Below are positions 50,833-60,316 of a DNA stretch of 64,000 nt, in pieces (position 1 is the first letter of the stretch; the number at the start of each line of letters is the position of its first letter). Source of the stretch: Betaproteobacteria bacterium (GTDB lineage Bacteria; Pseudomonadota; Gammaproteobacteria; Burkholderiales; Burkholderiaceae_C); NCBI GenBank assembly GCA_028870715.1, contig JAGWOZ010000001.1, positions 18,216 to 82,215 on the forward strand, given 5' to 3'. The notes under the pieces are model-generated. The model was not told the origin of the DNA. It saw nothing but the letters and a program-made list of their open reading frames with translations, and did no database searches. The translations under genes and the position numbers were made by a program.

Positions 50833-51699
50833 TCACACTGCCAGGTCTAGAGGCAGGTCAGAAATGTCCTTGAGGCGTTTTCCATCCACCATGATTGCGA
50901 GGAGGTCAGCAGCGTCAGCCATGCCGAGGGCCTTCAAGGTTGTTTGCAGCTCGTACAGGGCGAAGTGGTACACGCAGTCAATGTCTCCGGTGCCTAGGGC
51001 GATGGAGGCCAGGCGGCTCGGTGTCGGCTCTGCCGTGACGACCACAATATGAGGTAGGCGACCTTTGCGGTTGCGTACCAGATTCAACGCTTCCGACCTG
51101 GCGTTTTGCGCCCGGTCGCTGCGGATCGTCCACTTGCAGGAAATGCTTGCGTGTAGCAGCGGCAGGCCGCCGTTCTTCTTCCGTAGGCTGGCAAGCGTGG
51201 TCACGTTGTCATCGACCAGGACCGCCGACGCATTGATGGCACTGTCTTCAATGGTATCGCGCACCACCACGATGTCAGGCGTGATGGTGTAGTCGCTCCC
51301 CAGGGCGGCGGCCAGTTCGGCATCGGCCTTGGCAGCCCGGTCAAGGGCGACCAGGTGCGCGTATTGCTCATACCGGGCGATTTCCAAGCGATTGCGGCCG
51401 GAGACTTGATGAACGTCCCAGGTGCCGGGGCGGAGGTGTCCCAGCTTGAGGAAGGTTTCCTGCACGAAGGCCGCGCAAATGCTCTCAAACTGATTACCCG
51501 AGGTTTGGCCCGCGATGCGCTCACCGATGGTTTCGGCTTTGAGCAGATCGGCAATGCCCTTGGCAATCGCTTTGCTCGTGGTGTTGCTGCTGTCGGCGTT
51601 GCTGACCACTCCCGCGTTGTTGATGGTCAGGGTTGATTCAAGCAGCGTGGCATGGAATGCCTTGCGAGCTTCTGCGAAGTCGGCGGGCGTCGTCATCAT
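50833..51699 (-). CDS. NgoMIV-family type II restriction endonuclease
   Basis: GQTSGNQFE, ITPDIVV, HASISCKWTIRSDRAQNARSEALNL, TAEPTPSRLASIALGTGDID. Confidence 0.88.
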   Translation of the reverse strand: MMTTPADFAEARKAFHATLLESTLTINNAGVVSNADSSNTTSKAIAKGIADLLKAETIGERIAGQTSGNQFESICAAFVQETFLKLGHLRPGTWDVHQVSGRNRLEIARYEQYAHLVALDRAAKADAELAAALGSDYTITPDIVVVRDTIEDSAINASAVLVDDNVTTLASLRKKNGGLPLLHASISCKWTIRSDRAQNARSEALNLVRNRKGRLPHIVVVTAEPTPSRLASIALGTGDIDCVYHFALYELQTTLKALGMADAADLLAIMVDGKRLKDISDLPLDLAV

Positions 51700-52652
51700 G
51701 CCACCTTGAAAACGCGCTTCACGGCCAAGGCTGCGAAAATCTTTCGGGCGACTGCTGCGGCTACAGGCGGAGGAAAGGCATTGCCGATCTGGCGATAGGC
51801 CGCAGTCTTGCGGCCCGCAAACTGCCAGTCATCCGGGAAGCCTTGGATGCGCGCGGTCATACGTGGAGTGAGGCGCGGCATGCCCACGAAATCATGTGGC
51901 GGGGCCTCGTCCCACAGCCCCATTCCATCCACGCCTAGGGCGGCCCAGGCACGCTTTGCGCGGGTCGGGCCGAGGTCCGGCCCGCCGTGCTTCTTGGAGC
52001 CGCCGACCAAGGTCGGGGCAATGGCGCTGGCTTGTTCGCGCCAGCGGTCAGCGCCGCGCCAGCCGTGCACCTTCATCAGATCGTGCAGCAGCTCGCCCAC
52101 GGTCGGCGGATCAGTCTTGAGCGGTTCCGGCCAGGCGAATCCGGCGGCTAAGTCTTTTCGGATGCCCACGAACACCACGCGCGGGCGGAGCTGGGAAACG
52201 CCATAATCCGAGGCATTAAGCAGCCGCCAGCCAGGCACATAGCCCATCTTCTTGAGCTGCTTTTCTACCTTGTTCCGGTAGTCGTCAAACACCGCATCGA
52301 GCAGGCCGCGCACGTTCTCAAGCATCACCGCTTGCGGCCGACACTCATCGACCAAGCGGATAGCCTCGGGGAACAGATCGCGCTCGTCGTTCTCGCCGAG
52401 TTGCTTTCCAGCTTTGGAGAACGGCGGGCAAGGCACGCCGCCGGCCACTAGGTCAATGCCCTTGTGCGGGATTCCGCTGAACAGCCGCAGATCGCCTTCG
52501 ATGACGTTCCAGGTCGGGCGATTGAGGCGCAGCGTTGCGCACGCCGCCGGTTCCAGTTCGATCAAGGCTTCATGATCGAAGCCCGCGATTTCCAAGCCAA
52601 GACCTTGCCCCCCTGCCCCTGCACATAGTTCAAGCGATGAAAAATTACCCAT
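51696..52652 (-). CDS. C5-cytosine DNA methyltransferase (cognate of the NgoMIV-like REase)
   Basis: ELCAGAGG, GGVPCPPFS, ENVRG, QLRPR, RIQGFP, YRQIGNA. Confidence 0.92.
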   Translation of the reverse strand: MGNFSSLELCAGAGGQGLGLEIAGFDHEALIELEPAACATLRLNRPTWNVIEGDLRLFSGIPHKGIDLVAGGVPCPPFSKAGKQLGENDERDLFPEAIRLVDECRPQAVMLENVRGLLDAVFDDYRNKVEKQLKKMGYVPGWRLLNASDYGVSQLRPRVVFVGIRKDLAAGFAWPEPLKTDPPTVGELLHDLMKVHGWRGADRWREQASAIAPTLVGGSKKHGGPDLGPTRAKRAWAALGVDGMGLWDEAPPHDFVGMPRLTPRMTARIQGFPDDWQFAGRKTAAYRQIGNAFPPPVAAAVARKIFAALAVKRVFKVA

Positions 52653-52854
52653 GCGACACATCCCTCTGAATTTTTTTACCACTTTCCAACTGAACGAACA
52701 AATCACGTTGCCCGGTGCCGTGCAGCTCGATAAAACGGACGATGAAATCACGAAGCACATCGGATGCTTGACACCCCTGCGCACGACACGCGGACTGAAA
52801 AGCCTCGCGCTGTTCGCGATCGATGCGAATTCGAATGCCCGCGTTCATCTTCAT
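52645..52854 (-). CDS. Small ribbon-helix-helix regulator heading the R-M operon
   Basis: IRIRID..REAF..AC..ASDVLRDFI; overlaps the MTase start. Confidence 0.6.
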   Translation of the reverse strand: MKMNAGIRIRIDREQREAFQSACRAQGCQASDVLRDFIVRFIELHGTGQRDLFVQLESGKKIQRDVSHG

Positions 52855-52872
52855 GGCAGATCAGCCTATCAC

Positions 52873-52896
52873 GTGGATACACGTTTGTGTATCCAC
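52873..52896. promoter_or_regulatory. Palindromic operator candidate GTGGATACAC-N4-GTGTATCCAC
   Basis: Perfect 10-bp inverted repeat about 20 bp upstream of the RHH gene. Confidence 0.55.
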
Positions 52897-53090
52897 ACGC
52901 GGATAAATAGTTATCAGGCCATTTTTGAGGCCGCTGAGCCGTTTTCCGGCTGCGCCGCACCCATTCCATTGCCCCCACTGCGTTCGCCCCGCCAAGGCGC
53001 GCATTTGGCCATTCGCGGGCATCCTCTGGCATGCCGGCCCATTCAGATCGATGCCCCTCAGCGCGCGCGCGAAGTGGCGTACCTCGGTGC

Positions 53091-53346
53091 TTGGTTTGTT
53101 GGTTTGTTTGTTTTTTTATAAAGGTTTAACCAACAAACCAACAAACCAACTTCTACTGCAGAGATGCGGCCAACATCGCCCTATCTGCTGCAGAGAAGAC
53201 CACAACATCGATTGTGGATAACTTCGACAGACACTCGTCTTTATCCACAGCAAAACAAAGGCTGTGGATAACCGTATCGGGATGGACGTTAAACCGCCCC
53301 CTGCCGGGGGCTCCAGGGGTGGCCCGCACCGCCCCTGCCGGGGCTG
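53091..53346. other. Candidate oriV
   Basis: Three perfect DnaA boxes (53213, 53241, 53263), AT-rich TTGGTTTG/CAAACCAA inverted repeats, CTGCAGAGA..CAACATCG direct repeat, two CCCCTGCCGGGG repeats; next to par genes. Confidence 0.7.
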
Positions 53347-53393
53347 TAGTGTTTGGTCTTCAAGGGCTTGGCCAGGTTGGAGCGGATAACCAG

Positions 53394-53630
53394 TTATCCA
53401 TATTTTTTGTTCAGCAATTCGCGCACTACGTCGGCCATCTTCAACCCTTCGGTGGCGCAGGCGGCCTTGATCTTGCGGTGGAGCCCTGCAGGAATGTCAA
53501 TTGTCAGTCTGCTCATTTTCTCTGTGGCCACAGCATTTTTAACTGGCGCCACCCTCTTTGCTGGGGCGCTCACCCAGTCATCGGCCTGGCGGGCGCTGGG
53601 GCGGGGGGTGATGGACACTTTTTTGCTCAT
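53394..53630 (-). CDS. ParG-like RHH centromere-binding protein
   Basis: RLTIDIPAGLHRKIKAACA..G..MADVVRELL, downstream of parA. Confidence 0.8.
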   Translation of the reverse strand: MSKKVSITPRPSARQADDWVSAPAKRVAPVKNAVATEKMSRLTIDIPAGLHRKIKAACATEGLKMADVVRELLNKKYG

Positions 53631-53660
53631 GGCGTTCTCCTGAATTACAGAAAGGCAGAT

Positions 53661-54296
53661 TTACGGTTGCGCGTAATTCTGCATGATCTCTTCTCGCAGC
53701 GCCTCGACCTCGCGGGCGGCTGGGCCGTCCGGTTCGCTTTCAAAGGACGCCAAGCCCTGCGCAGCCGATTCTGCAAACACGATCCGCTGGCAGATGGCGG
53801 CATCGAGCACAGGCGGGCTGTACGTTGCTAGGGCGTCGCGCACGTCTCGGCCAAGAGCTGTGTTTACGATTTTACGATTCACCACAAATGCGGCTTGCAG
53901 GCCGGGTTTGTAAATTCTGGCCTCGTCGAGCAGCTTCACAACCTCATCGGCCGCCCACACGTCGTAAGGCGACGGCTGCACCGGGATCAACACTAGGTCA
54001 GAGGCCATGATTGCCGACCTGGCCAGCTCGGCGACGCGGGGTGGGCCATCGATCAGCACATGGTCATACCCCTCGCTGATCTGGTCAACATCGCGGTGCA
54101 GCGTGGGTTTGGGCAAGCCGACAACGGGGAACAGGGGTTCGGCCTCGCGAGCTGCCACCCAGTCCAAGGCCGAGCCCTGCGGGTCGGCGTCGATCAACAA
54201 AACACGCGAACCGGCGCGGGTCAAACTGGCGGCAAGGTTGACACTCAGGGTGGTTTTGCCGACTCCGCCTTTTTGATTCAGGATTGCAATTTTCAT
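53661..54296 (-). CDS. parA: ParA/ParF type Ib partition ATPase
   Basis: NQKGGVGKTT, IDADPQGS, IDGPP, PVQPSPYD. Confidence 0.92.
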   Translation of the reverse strand: MKIAILNQKGGVGKTTLSVNLAASLTRAGSRVLLIDADPQGSALDWVAAREAEPLFPVVGLPKPTLHRDVDQISEGYDHVLIDGPPRVAELARSAIMASDLVLIPVQPSPYDVWAADEVVKLLDEARIYKPGLQAAFVVNRKIVNTALGRDVRDALATYSPPVLDAAICQRIVFAESAAQGLASFESEPDGPAAREVEALREEIMQNYAQP

Positions 54297-54374
54297 GATT
54301 TCACCAATTGCGGAATTACAGAAACAAAGACCAAAAAAAGCCCCGGCCGACAGGCTCGGGGCAGCCTCGATCGA

Positions 54375-54542
54375 TTAGCGGCGCATCCACAGGACTGTGC
54401 GCACAGCAGCAGCGGCGGCGGTGGTCAGAGTCAGCGTCCAAAATGGCGCGAAATGCAGGGCGGTGATCCATGCGATGCCGACGCCGAGCAGGGTCAAAAT
54501 CACCGGCAGATTGTCGGGTTGTTGATGTTGCTGGAGTTGCAT
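54375..54542 (-). CDS. Small membrane protein (55 aa)
   Basis: AAAGGA RBS; MQLQQHQQPDNLPVILTLLGVGIAW.., translated by hand. Confidence 0.4.
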   Translation of the reverse strand: MQLQQHQQPDNLPVILTLLGVGIAWITALHFAPFWTLTLTTAAAAAVRTVLWMRR

Positions 54543-54646
54543 GGTGATTGTCCTTTCGGGATTGCGGTGTCGATGATTGAATCATAACACAGAAATACGG
54601 ATTTGCAGAAACACGGAAGAAGAAAGATGCAAGAACTTGTGTCAGT

Positions 54647-55093
54647 TCAGTCTTCGCCCGGCATCATCACGGTGATGCAGGGGCGCCCGGTGTCGTCCGG
54701 CCCGACGATGAATTTCAGGTGCACCAGGCGGGGCCTGACGCCCCGGCCTTCGCGCGGGGTGCGCAGCAGCTCGACATACATCGGGTGCGCCGGGCTGGCT
54801 TGCAGGCCCTGGCGGGCTGCGCGCAGAACAACCCGCGAGAGCATCCAGCACACATCCCACAACCGCCCGGATTCACTCTGCCCTGTGTAACCCTTGCGGG
54901 CCTCGGTGGCGTCTGTCCATTCCACACAATCGGCCCATGCGGTGCTGGTCAGCGCCACGGGCCAGACAATGCCGGCCTCGCGGGCGGTGGTGGACACGTC
55001 GATCAGTTGCCCGTCCTCGATCGCCTGGGCGCGGGTGTAGGTGTAGATTGGCTCGCCGAAGATTTCTCGCATTGTGGTGGTCGTCGTTTGCAT
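54647..55093 (-). CDS. Plasmid-associated conserved protein (DUF6573-like)
   Basis: IYTYTRAQAIEDG.LIDV, QSESGRLWDV, ITVMMPGED. Confidence 0.6.
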   Translation of the reverse strand: MQTTTTTMREIFGEPIYTYTRAQAIEDGQLIDVSTTAREAGIVWPVALTSTAWADCVEWTDATEARKGYTGQSESGRLWDVCWMLSRVVLRAARQGLQASPAHPMYVELLRTPREGRGVRPRLVHLKFIVGPDDTGRPCITVMMPGED

Positions 55094-55155
55094 TGCGTCG
55101 CTCCTGGAAGTTGCTTCTGTGGGATTGGCCCGGCCATCGCGCCGGGCGGGGATGG

Positions 55156-55404
55156 TCAGCCGGTGATGTGGACAGGGAACAGCCCGACGCCGCCTGCTGG
55201 GTGTGCACGCATCACCCAGCGCTGCGTGCCCTTCACCAGCCTGTAATCCTTTGGCGTTGCGACCCATTCAGCCCAGCTCATCAGCACGGTTTTAGGTTCG
55301 CCTTGCACCCCCTCGCTTTGAAGTGAGGGGAGGCTCATCGTGGGTGCGGCGGAGTTCGTGAGCTGGGCCGGTGCGGTGCGGGGGGTATAGGTTTGGTGGC
55401 GCAT
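55156..55404 (-). CDS. Small hypothetical protein
   Basis: CAGGAG RBS before MRHQTY.. Confidence 0.4.
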   Translation of the reverse strand: MRHQTYTPRTAPAQLTNSAAPTMSLPSLQSEGVQGEPKTVLMSWAEWVATPKDYRLVKGTQRWVMRAHPAGGVGLFPVHITG

Positions 55405-55476
55405 GGTTGTTCTCCTGGGGGACTTCGTTTCGCTCATCAGATCGGGTGTGGCTCTGTGCGCTGACAAGACACGCCG

Positions 55477-55590
55477 CGGGCCGGGGCAAGGGGCCGCGCA
55501 GAGGCCGCAGTCCCGACTTGTCCGTGCTTTTCGGACATGACGGGAACCGGGCGAGCACGGCGGCGCAGCCTTTACCCTTGCCCCGGCCCG
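55477..55590. repeat. 16-bp perfect inverted repeat enclosing an inner hairpin (ssi/Frpo-like structure)
   Basis: CGGGCCGGGGCAAGGG (55477) and CCCTTGCCCCGGCCCG (55575); inner TCCCG..TGTCCG/CGGACA..CGGGA. Confidence 0.7.
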
Positions 55591-56169
55591 GGGTGGGGCT
55601 AGACTGCGCACGCCTTGAGCCATGCCCATCTGTTGCGCGAAACGCCCAGGAGAACGCGCCACCAAACCGACCGCGGCGCCCCCGGCTCAGAACGCGAACG
55701 CAGACGCACTAGCGGGCCGTAGGCCCGTATTCCTCGCCCGTTTGCGGGCGCATGCCAGTCCTGAGTGCCTGCGCAGCAGGCATGCCTTGGACTGTGGGCC
55801 TGGCGCTCCGCGCCTGGCCTTGCAGCGGGCACTGGTGCGCTTGCGCACGGGTGCTGCAGTTGCCTTTTGCCTTTGCGGTAGGGATGGAAGCCGGTAGGCC
55901 GAGACCCGCAGGGGCTCGGGGCGCAGCCCGACAGCCCGGCCATCGCCCACAAAATCAGCACGCCGATCCACAACCCCGCAAACCCTTGCAAGACAAGGAA
56001 TCCACGGCTCAGCCACCCCCGCCTTACCCACAGAATCTGTGGACAACCTAACGGCGACGGTCGCATCACCCAACCCGCCGCCTACCAGCGGCTCCCGAAG
56101 CTCCATGCCCCACGGCTACCGCCGCTCCCGATCATGGCCAGCAAGGCCCAAAACAAGTCCGCCACAGCC

Positions 56170-57165
56170 CTACTCCACGATCTCCCAAGCCCCCTCCAGC
56201 ACGCGATCTGCCAGCCGCCCATTGACAGGCAAAGACGCGCCAGAAGACAAACTCCGCATCGAGGCTCCAGCAAGCTCCACGACATACACCTCGTCGCTCG
56301 CGACATGCCGAACCCGCTGTGCATGACGCAGCCGCTCCAACATCAAGCGTGACGCCTGCTCAGCCTGCAACGCCGCATCATCCTGCCGCCGCATCTCAAT
56401 GACGCGCCCGAAGTCCAGATCACGTGAGGCCATCGACCGAAGATAAGCAAACGCATCCCGTGCAGATTTCCCATCGAGATGCCGCCGCAGCGCCTCGGCC
56501 GCCACGCCCAGCCGCTTCCCAGCCGCGCTGTAGATCCCCATCAACCCGAAGACCTGGCCATGAGAAAGCCCGAGCTTGCCAAGCCAGGCCACGTCAGGGG
56601 GCAACGCCCCCGACTTGGCCTTGGGTTCGTCAGCCTTGGACTTATCCACAGGAGCCCCGCCCCCGGCGGGCTGTCCTTGTAAAAGCTGATCTTGTTTGCC
56701 CTTCGAAGAAGGGTTAACTTCTTTACAGAAGCCGTCTGCCAATTTGGCAGACCGTGCCTCAGAAGAAAGACCAAGGATGCGCAGCGCCAGATCGGTCAGG
56801 ACCACACGGGCAGAATGAAATCGCCCCGATCGGTTGCGCCGATCTTGCTCCAGCACCTCAACCCAGCCCGCCGCAGCGAGTTCATCGAGGGCCCGATACA
56901 CAGTGCGCTCGCCCAGCCCAACGGCCGAAGCAATCGACGCCTTGAAAGCCCACACAACCCGCGCAGCGCGATAGGCCGCCCGCGCAGGCGCATGCAGGAT
57001 CACATAGGAGAGCACCGAGCGTGCTGACGCAGAAAACCCAGCCCACGGCGCATCCGGCTGGCAACCCGCCACCACGGCGCAGGCCGCCACGGCCAATTTA
57101 TGAGGGAGTTTGAAATTCGGGAGAACAGAAGGCTCATTGCGAGCCTCGATTGCTGAATCCATCAC
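56170..57165 (-). CDS. Putative plasmid replication initiator (HTH)
   Basis: wHTH-like IASAVGLGERTVYRALDEL..GWV, GRF, LT..AL..LGL; near par and oriV. Confidence 0.6.
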   Translation of the reverse strand: MMDSAIEARNEPSVLPNFKLPHKLAVAACAVVAGCQPDAPWAGFSASARSVLSYVILHAPARAAYRAARVVWAFKASIASAVGLGERTVYRALDELAAAGWVEVLEQDRRNRSGRFHSARVVLTDLALRILGLSSEARSAKLADGFCKEVNPSSKGKQDQLLQGQPAGGGAPVDKSKADEPKAKSGALPPDVAWLGKLGLSHGQVFGLMGIYSAAGKRLGVAAEALRRHLDGKSARDAFAYLRSMASRDLDFGRVIEMRRQDDAALQAEQASRLMLERLRHAQRVRHVASDEVYVVELAGASMRSLSSGASLPVNGRLADRVLEGAWEIVE

Positions 57166-57727
57166 GGTGCTGCTCCTGACTGAGGATGTCGCACCGCCTT
57201 CCCGACGCCAATCGGGAGGGCGGAACCTGGCGGGGTTGGCGTACCGGGTCAGGGACCGGCGAGCCTTGCGGCTCCCCCACCAGGCCCGCCCAAAAAGAGC
57301 AAACCTGATTGCGCAAAAAACAAAGGCCGCGTGTCTGATGACGGCGCGGCCTGCTGCTTGCGCCTGACCCGGGACGCCAATCCCGTACTGCTTTACTTCT
57401 TCTCACCCCTGCGCACAGGGGAACAACTCTTGCAAGCCGAATCTTACACCACGCGGAAGCCCTGTCAAACGGACGTATCACCCGGCGGGGCGGGCGGCAA
57501 CCTATCTGCCCAGCGCTCCCGAATCACAGCCGACGGTGCACCATCGGCGCCCAGCGACTCCAAGAAATCGACCTCACTGCGCAACACCTCGCGCACGTCG
57601 GTCGGCAAGGCCAGCAACACTCGCAGAACGGCCACGGGGTAAGCCTCACCAGACTTGCACTGGATGATGTGTCCCCGCAGCCGGAGAATCCGACCCGCCA
57701 ACACTAGGCGGAACGCAGCGCGTGGAC

Positions 57728-57907
57728 TCATCGCCTGAATCTCCGCCGCAGCTCTGCGCGGATGTTGCGCAGAGCCCTCCAATCCGATGCGGTGGCAGAC
57801 ACAATCACCGAACCCCGGGGCGTCGAAATGCACCAGTGCCCGCCCGGCAACAGCCGGGCGCGTGCTGCGGGAAACTCCCGCAGCAACTGGCGCAGAGGCT
57901 TTTTCAT
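57728..57907 (-). CDS. Small basic HicA-fold-like protein
   Basis: GGHW..VIVSATASDWRALRNIRAELRR pattern. Confidence 0.4.
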   Translation of the reverse strand: MKKPLRQLLREFPAARARLLPGGHWCISTPRGSVIVSATASDWRALRNIRAELRRRFRR

Positions 57908-58176
57908 GCCGCGCATCTCACTTCCTCACCGTCATCACCGTCACACCCATCTATCTTGTTCTGCACAAGGGCAAGCGCTGCCGCGATGACCCGCTCGGGC
58001 TTGCAGCCGCCCACGCACCGCAGGTCATATCTCCCCTCGCAAAGCCTCACCTCCAGCGACGCAGAAGAGGCTCCCCGATGCGCTGGGCACTTCATCAGCC
58101 AATGCCCCGAATCGATCGCCTCGGCGGCGTGCATCAAGGCCAGCAAAGCAAAACCATCATCGGTTTTCATCATCAT
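57904..58176 (-). CDS. Stand-alone CHC2-type (primase) zinc-binding domain protein
   Basis: CPAH....SL..LRC..GC. Confidence 0.5.
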   Translation of the reverse strand: MMMKTDDGFALLALMHAAEAIDSGHWLMKCPAHRGASSASLEVRLCEGRYDLRCVGGCKPERVIAAALALVQNKIDGCDGDDGEEVRCAA

Positions 58177-58177
58177 G

Positions 58178-58573
58178 TCATTCCCCCAATGAAGGCCGAT
58201 CCCGTGCTGCGCACAGCGCTCTCTCACGCTCCTGCCGCTCAATCAGCTCTACATGCTGCTTGCAGTCCTGGTGAATCTGTTCAAGCCGACGGGCCACCAT
58301 GTGCGATGTCATCTGCTTGTTTTTCGCAGCCAGCAGCTCATCACTCCATGACCCGACAAGCATGAAAAACCAACCCCAATGAGCGGCGTTTCGCTTGTCG
58401 ATCCTCTGGTTCTCTATGTACTCGTCCGCCACGACCGTGCCGAACGCGGGATCGGCATCTGGACAAAGCGCCAAGAATCCAGCGGCAAGAATCTCGGTCA
58501 ATTCAAACTCCCGGCCATCTCCAACCAAGAGCACGTCCTGGCTCCAAAGCGGGTCAATCGGTTCACCTTTCAT
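58178..58573 (-). CDS. Hypothetical protein
   Basis: AAGGAG RBS, operon position. Confidence 0.45.
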   Translation of the reverse strand: MKGEPIDPLWSQDVLLVGDGREFELTEILAAGFLALCPDADPAFGTVVADEYIENQRIDKRNAAHWGWFFMLVGSWSDELLAAKNKQMTSHMVARRLEQIHQDCKQHVELIERQERERALCAARDRPSLGE

Positions 58574-58599
58574 AACTTTCTCCTTCTAGGTTTGATCAG

Positions 58600-59103
58600 T
58601 TACAGGGGCAATACCCGCGCCTTGCCGTCGCGCCCGGCAAGAACCTGCACGCGCTGGCCCACGGCGAGCTGCACATCAGCCGCCTGAGTGATGGCAAGGA
58701 CCTGGCCGCCATCCAGGCGAACGGTCACCAGTAGCCCGGATTCCTTGGCCGCCGAGCCTTCCAGCGCTTGGCCGCCCATCAGCCCGGCCAAAGCCCCTGC
58801 GATGGTCGCCAGCTTCTGGCCATTGCCAGAGCCGATTTTGTGACCGATCGCACCGCCCGCCAGGGCGCCGCCTATGGCCCCGATGCCGGAGCCTTGGCCT
58901 GCGATTTCGACAGGCCGCACTGCAAGCACGACGCCGAGTTGCACAGCCTGGACAGACTGGGCGCCTGACACTGTGTAACCATTGGCCGACGCCTGCGGAA
59001 CACCCGTGCCCATCATCGGATTTGTGGCACAGCCGCCAAGCGCGAGTAAGGCGGCGCAGGCCACGGTGATAGAAGTGAGTTTCAGGGTTTGCGTGGTGTT
59101 CAT
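58600..59103 (-). CDS. Second SlyB/Pcp-like glycine-zipper lipoprotein
   Basis: Lipobox LGGC; clear paralogue of 2183-2656 (GVP..SA.GY..SGAQ..Q.VQ.G.VLA). Confidence 0.85.
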   Translation of the reverse strand: MNTTQTLKLTSITVACAALLALGGCATNPMMGTGVPQASANGYTVSGAQSVQAVQLGVVLAVRPVEIAGQGSGIGAIGGALAGGAIGHKIGSGNGQKLATIAGALAGLMGGQALEGSAAKESGLLVTVRLDGGQVLAITQAADVQLAVGQRVQVLAGRDGKARVLPL

Positions 59104-59176
59104 GGTTTTTTCCTTGCGCTGAAGGTTGGTTGCGCGGCCCGGGTGCCGGCCCGCTGGGGATTTGCAATGGATCGGA

Positions 59177-59764
59177 TCAGAAACTCAGGCCATAGCTCAG
59201 ACCCAGCACGTCCTGGCTGGGCAGAGCGCCATCGTGGATGTGCTGGTAGTTCACCCGCACCGCGCCGCCGTCGATCTGGCCAAGCTGCACGCCGACGCCT
59301 GCGGCGGCATAGGTGCCGCCCAGCAGGCCGGTGGAGCGGCCAAGCTTGAGCGTGCTGTCCAATGCCACTCCCGCAGTGACCTGGCGGCGGGCGCGTAGCA
59401 CGCCCGCCCAGTGGTTGGAGGTGTAACCCTCATCGCGCGTGCGTCCAGCTTCGGCCCCGGCTTCGAGCTTCCAGACGTGCCACGGCCCGGCGATGCGGTA
59501 CAGACCTACACCGATCGATTGCCGCTGCAATCCGCCGGATTGCAGTCCCTGATCAAGATCGGCATGCACAGCGAGCGGTAACCACGCCGGATCGGTGGCG
59601 TAGGCCGCGCCGCGCAGGGTCAGCAGGGTTTGATTGCCGATGCCAGCGCCGATGTGCTCGATGGCCGTGCCGGCGGACACATCGATCTGCGCGGCTTGGG
59701 CTGCGCTTGCAGAGATGGCGAGCAGAGTTGCAGCGGTGACGATGAGGGAATGGATGGTTTTCAT
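59177..59764 (-). CDS. Small outer-membrane beta-barrel-like protein
   Basis: Signal peptide AQA, C-terminal SYGLSF; similar layout to 17380-17970. Confidence 0.6.
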   Translation of the reverse strand: MKTIHSLIVTAATLLAISASAAQAAQIDVSAGTAIEHIGAGIGNQTLLTLRGAAYATDPAWLPLAVHADLDQGLQSGGLQRQSIGVGLYRIAGPWHVWKLEAGAEAGRTRDEGYTSNHWAGVLRARRQVTAGVALDSTLKLGRSTGLLGGTYAAAGVGVQLGQIDGGAVRVNYQHIHDGALPSQDVLGLSYGLSF

Positions 59765-59830
59765 AGATGTTCCTTCTGAGGTTGGGCGGGGCAACATGCC
59801 CCGCTCCAGTTAGTCCCGCAGGTGCGAAAT

Positions 59831-60316
59831 TCACAGCGGGGCGACGAGCTGCAAGGTGGTTAGGGTGAAGTGCTCGAACTGCGGCACGTCGCTTTGCTGG
59901 TGGTGCATGTAGATGGTTTCCATCCGCAGACCCCAGCCGGGTGTGACCATGTAAGTCAGTCCCGCTCCCATGTCATAGCCCGGCCGGCCGGGGTTGCTGT
60001 AGCCATTGCCGCTGCCGTTGGTGCTCCAGCGGCTTGATGCCAGCCCGGCCTTGATGAAGCCTTGCAGGCCGGGCACCAGCCCGGCGGTCGCCACAGCGTT
60101 GAACATCAGCACTCGGTTGATGTTGGGAATCCCATAGGGCTGTCGGCCCTCGCTAACGAACGCGATCTCAGGGGCAAGCCAGCCGCTGCCGCGCAACGCC
60201 AGGGCATAGCTCTGCGGGCGGGCTGACGGGCCGAAAGCCAGTTCGACGGCCTGCGCCTGCGCTGCGCCGCAGGCGAGCAGCGCTGCGGCAATCAACAGCG
60301 TGCGGGCGGCCCTCAT
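59831..60316 (-). CDS. OmpA-like beta-barrel protein
   Basis: Signal peptide, FIKAGLA, GAGLTY..WGLRME. Confidence 0.55.
   Translation of the reverse strand: MRAARTLLIAAALLACGAAQAQAVELAFGPSARPQSYALALRGSGWLAPEIAFVSEGRQPYGIPNINRVLMFNAVATAGLVPGLQGFIKAGLASSRWSTNGSGNGYSNPGRPGYDMGAGLTYMVTPGWGLRMETIYMHHQQSDVPQFEHFTLTTLQLVAPL

Noticed and set aside
56641-56650. DnaA box inside the rep-like gene as a second origin
   Set aside because: Single box in coding sequence with no AT-rich region or iterons; insufficient evidence
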